Part shown: piece after piece, positions 61,993 to 64,000 of the stretch
Numbering within the stretch: the first letter of the stretch is position 1
Layout: the number at the start of each line of letters is the position of its first letter
Source of the DNA: Amoebophrya sp. A120
Lineage: Eukaryota > Protista > Dinoflagellata
Length of the DNA: 64,000 bases
Direction of reading: 5' to 3'
Assembly: GCA_905178155.1 (NCBI GenBank)
Contig: CAJINV010000005.1
Location: forward strand, 2,975,754 to 3,039,753
The notes under the pieces: model-generated
Database searches by the model: none
Told to the model about the DNA's origin: nothing
The model's input: only the letters and a program-made list of their open reading frames with translations
Translations under genes and position numbers: made by a program

Positions 61993-64000
61993 ATGCCGAT
62001 CAACAAGGACCTTCGGCACCCGGACAACCAGAAGCTCCCGACGGGCTTCGTCGTTGTCGCGTCCACCTCCCGACTATCCGAGAAAAAAACTGTGTTAGTG
62101 TAACTTTCTTTGGCTGACAGCATCACAAATTTGCTCTACATGACAGAGAAATCCTGTCATGCGTGGCTTACAAGAGAAAACACGCATGAAAAGAGGACTG
62201 CGTGGTTGTCTGGCATGACAGGTGTAACAGTTTTGCATTTTCTGCATTACAGAGTTACACTTACACAGTTTTTTTCTTGTATACCCACCGGGCCAAGTGT
62301 CCTACCTGCACGAGAAATCGAACAAGAAGTACATGACCATCGCCCAATGCTGGGAGATTTACAACCAGGACAACAAGGGTTCCCCGATGCAGGACGCGCG
62401 GAGCTTCAAGCTCGGCGCGGTCCCGCCAAAAAGCCAGTCCACCGGGTTTGCGCCCAGCCCGGAGCAGTTGAAGCAGGTGCAGCACGTTCTCGCCAGCACG
62501 GAAAACACCACCCGGGCGGGGAAAACCTGGTTCAAAAAGTTCAACACGAAACAGGCCGGGTCCCTGTCGCTGGAGGAACTGAGTTTGCTGATCGAGGCCC
62601 TGAACCGGGACGTCGGGCTGCCGCCGCTGAACGATCCGAAGTTGCTGGAGGCACTTTTCAACAAATTCGACACGAACAAGAACGGGGTGTTAGAATTCAA
62701 CGAGTTTTTGAACCTCTATGGATGTGTCAGAGTTGAAATCGACAAAGTTGAAATAATTTGTCATGCATAAAATGGATGCCAGTTGGAACCCAGTTTCCAA
62801 GTGGCGCATGACAAATCTCGGTGGTCCCTAAATCCTGTTTGTCATGCTGTTTAGGCAAAGAAGAGTGATTTTCTCATGCTACTTTAGCAGCTCGAGCTGT
62901 AACCCCAAACAGGCTTACAATCGGCCTCACTTGCCTGCTCTGCAACACACGTACCTCGGGTCATGCATTTTATGCATTACAGATTATTTCAACTTTGACG
63001 ATTTCAAACCTGACGCTTCCATAACCTCTACGCGGCGATACTCCGCAGAGTGCGGGACCGGTACATCAAGGCGGGCATTCGGCGGGACTTTTTCATCGAC
63101 AAAAACCGAACGGGCCGACGGCCGGAGGATTTCTACAAGACCCTGAAAAAGCTCGGCGAGGGGGCGTTCGGGCTGGTTTACCTGGTGGAGGAAAACGCGA
63201 CGAAGCAGGAGCGGGTGCTCAAAGTCGTCAACAAGGCGAAGTCCGCCATGCCGCCGGAGGAGCTGCAGCTGGAGATTGACACCTTGAAGTCTCTCGACCA
63301 CCCGCACATCATCCGGCTGTTCGAGTACTTCGAGGACTACAACAACATCTACATCCTGATGGAGTCCGCCAAGGGCGGGCAGTTACTGGACGTCATCGAG
63401 TCGAACTACAAGTCGGGCTACCGGCTGAACGAGCAGTGGATTGCGACGGTGGTCAGTCAGGCGCTGCAGGCGATAAGCTACGTGCACGCGCTATTCTGAG
63501 TAAAAACGTTCCCAACCCTATTGTTGTCATGCAAATCTGCATGCCAAAGCCAAAAACGTTTGTCATGCGGAGCCCCATAAGAACCATTTTCTAGTCGTAT
63601 TTGGGAATTTGTGATGCTAGAAGCAGCATGATATGCTTGATCTGTAATGCCTCTGAACTAGCTAAACAGGATTACACGACGAAGACAAATTTGTCATGCG
63701 AAACAACCAAAGCTGGTGGATTTGTATAGCAGATTTCGCATCTTCACTCTGGTGTGGGGGCGTTTTTACTCAGGATACGCGCGAGGGATCATGCACAAGG
63801 ACGTGAAGGCGGAAAACATCATGCTGCTGGAGGACGGAAACAACTCCGCCACGCAGCCACACGCAGTTATCCTGAGTAAAAACGTACCCACACCAGAGTC
63901 AGGATGGGGATTTTGCAACACAAACCTAGGAGTTTTGTGAGTCACGCATGACAAGTTGCGCTCTGCAGTGTAGTGCAGGTTAGCAAGTGCAGCCGCATCA
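61993..64000 (+). CDS. Ca2+-dependent protein kinase-like: WW-like N-terminus, EF-hands, CAMK-group kinase (truncated by the window edge)
   Basis: LPTGFVVVASTSRPGQVSYLHEKSNKKY; DTNKNGVLEFNE; LGEGAFGLV, VLKVV, LDHPHIIRLFEYFED and HKDVKAENIML. Confidence 0.9.
62075..62283. mobile_element. TIR introner, family B-like
   Basis: TATCCGAGAAAAAAACTGTGTTAGTGTAACT...AGTTACACTTACACAGTTTTTTTCTTGTATA; DR CCGAC/CCCAC. Confidence 0.9.
62717..63023. mobile_element. TIR introner, family F
   Basis: DR ACCTC. Removal restores EFLNLYAAILRR. Confidence 0.94.
63492..63777. mobile_element. TIR introner, family C
   Basis: DR CGCGC. Removal restores YVHARGIMHKDVK. Confidence 0.94.
63868..64000. mobile_element. TIR introner, family C (partial, window edge)
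   Basis: TATCCTGAGTAAAAACGTACCCACACCAGAG; reverse complement of the right half of 23677-23952. Confidence 0.88.

Noticed and set aside
1-64000. Autonomous transposase or reverse transcriptase for the elements; tRNA/rRNA genes
   Set aside because: I recognised no DDE, RT or recombinase motifs and no structural RNA genes by eye. The unassigned proteins (35074-38843, 57909-59384) would need a profile search to exclude them.

Overview
Compact, intron-rich eukaryotic (alveolate) genomic DNA. It most resembles a syndinian parasitic dinoflagellate such as Amoebophrya; this is an inference from intron type and gene layout, not a database match. About 16 protein genes form two unidirectional blocks: three minus-strand genes at ~3.8-12.4 kb, a divergent strand-switch region, then only plus-strand genes from 15.3 kb to the end. 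Recognisable products are an NTPDase/apyrase, an RRM-RS-PDZ protein, a TFIIS-like protein, two tandem ABCG transporters, RPL7A, SHMT, PheRS alpha, NTMT1 and an EF-hand/CDPK-like kinase. The dominant feature is about 35 MITE-like elements of 140-340 bp from at least six families. Nearly all run TAT...ATA, have ~20-45 bp terminal inverted repeats (TIRs) and are flanked by a 5-bp direct repeat (DR). Every copy found lies inside coding sequence, and in nearly all copies removing the element plus one DR restores the protein. Several copies cannot form GT-AG, and members of one family occur in both orientations in same-strand genes. They therefore appear to be non-canonical, transposon-derived introns (introners). 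Other signals: a 16-bp variant-repeat minisatellite, GATC clusters upstream of genes, GC-rich islands and a G26 tract. All coordinates were read by hand, and gene models are inferred without transcript data.
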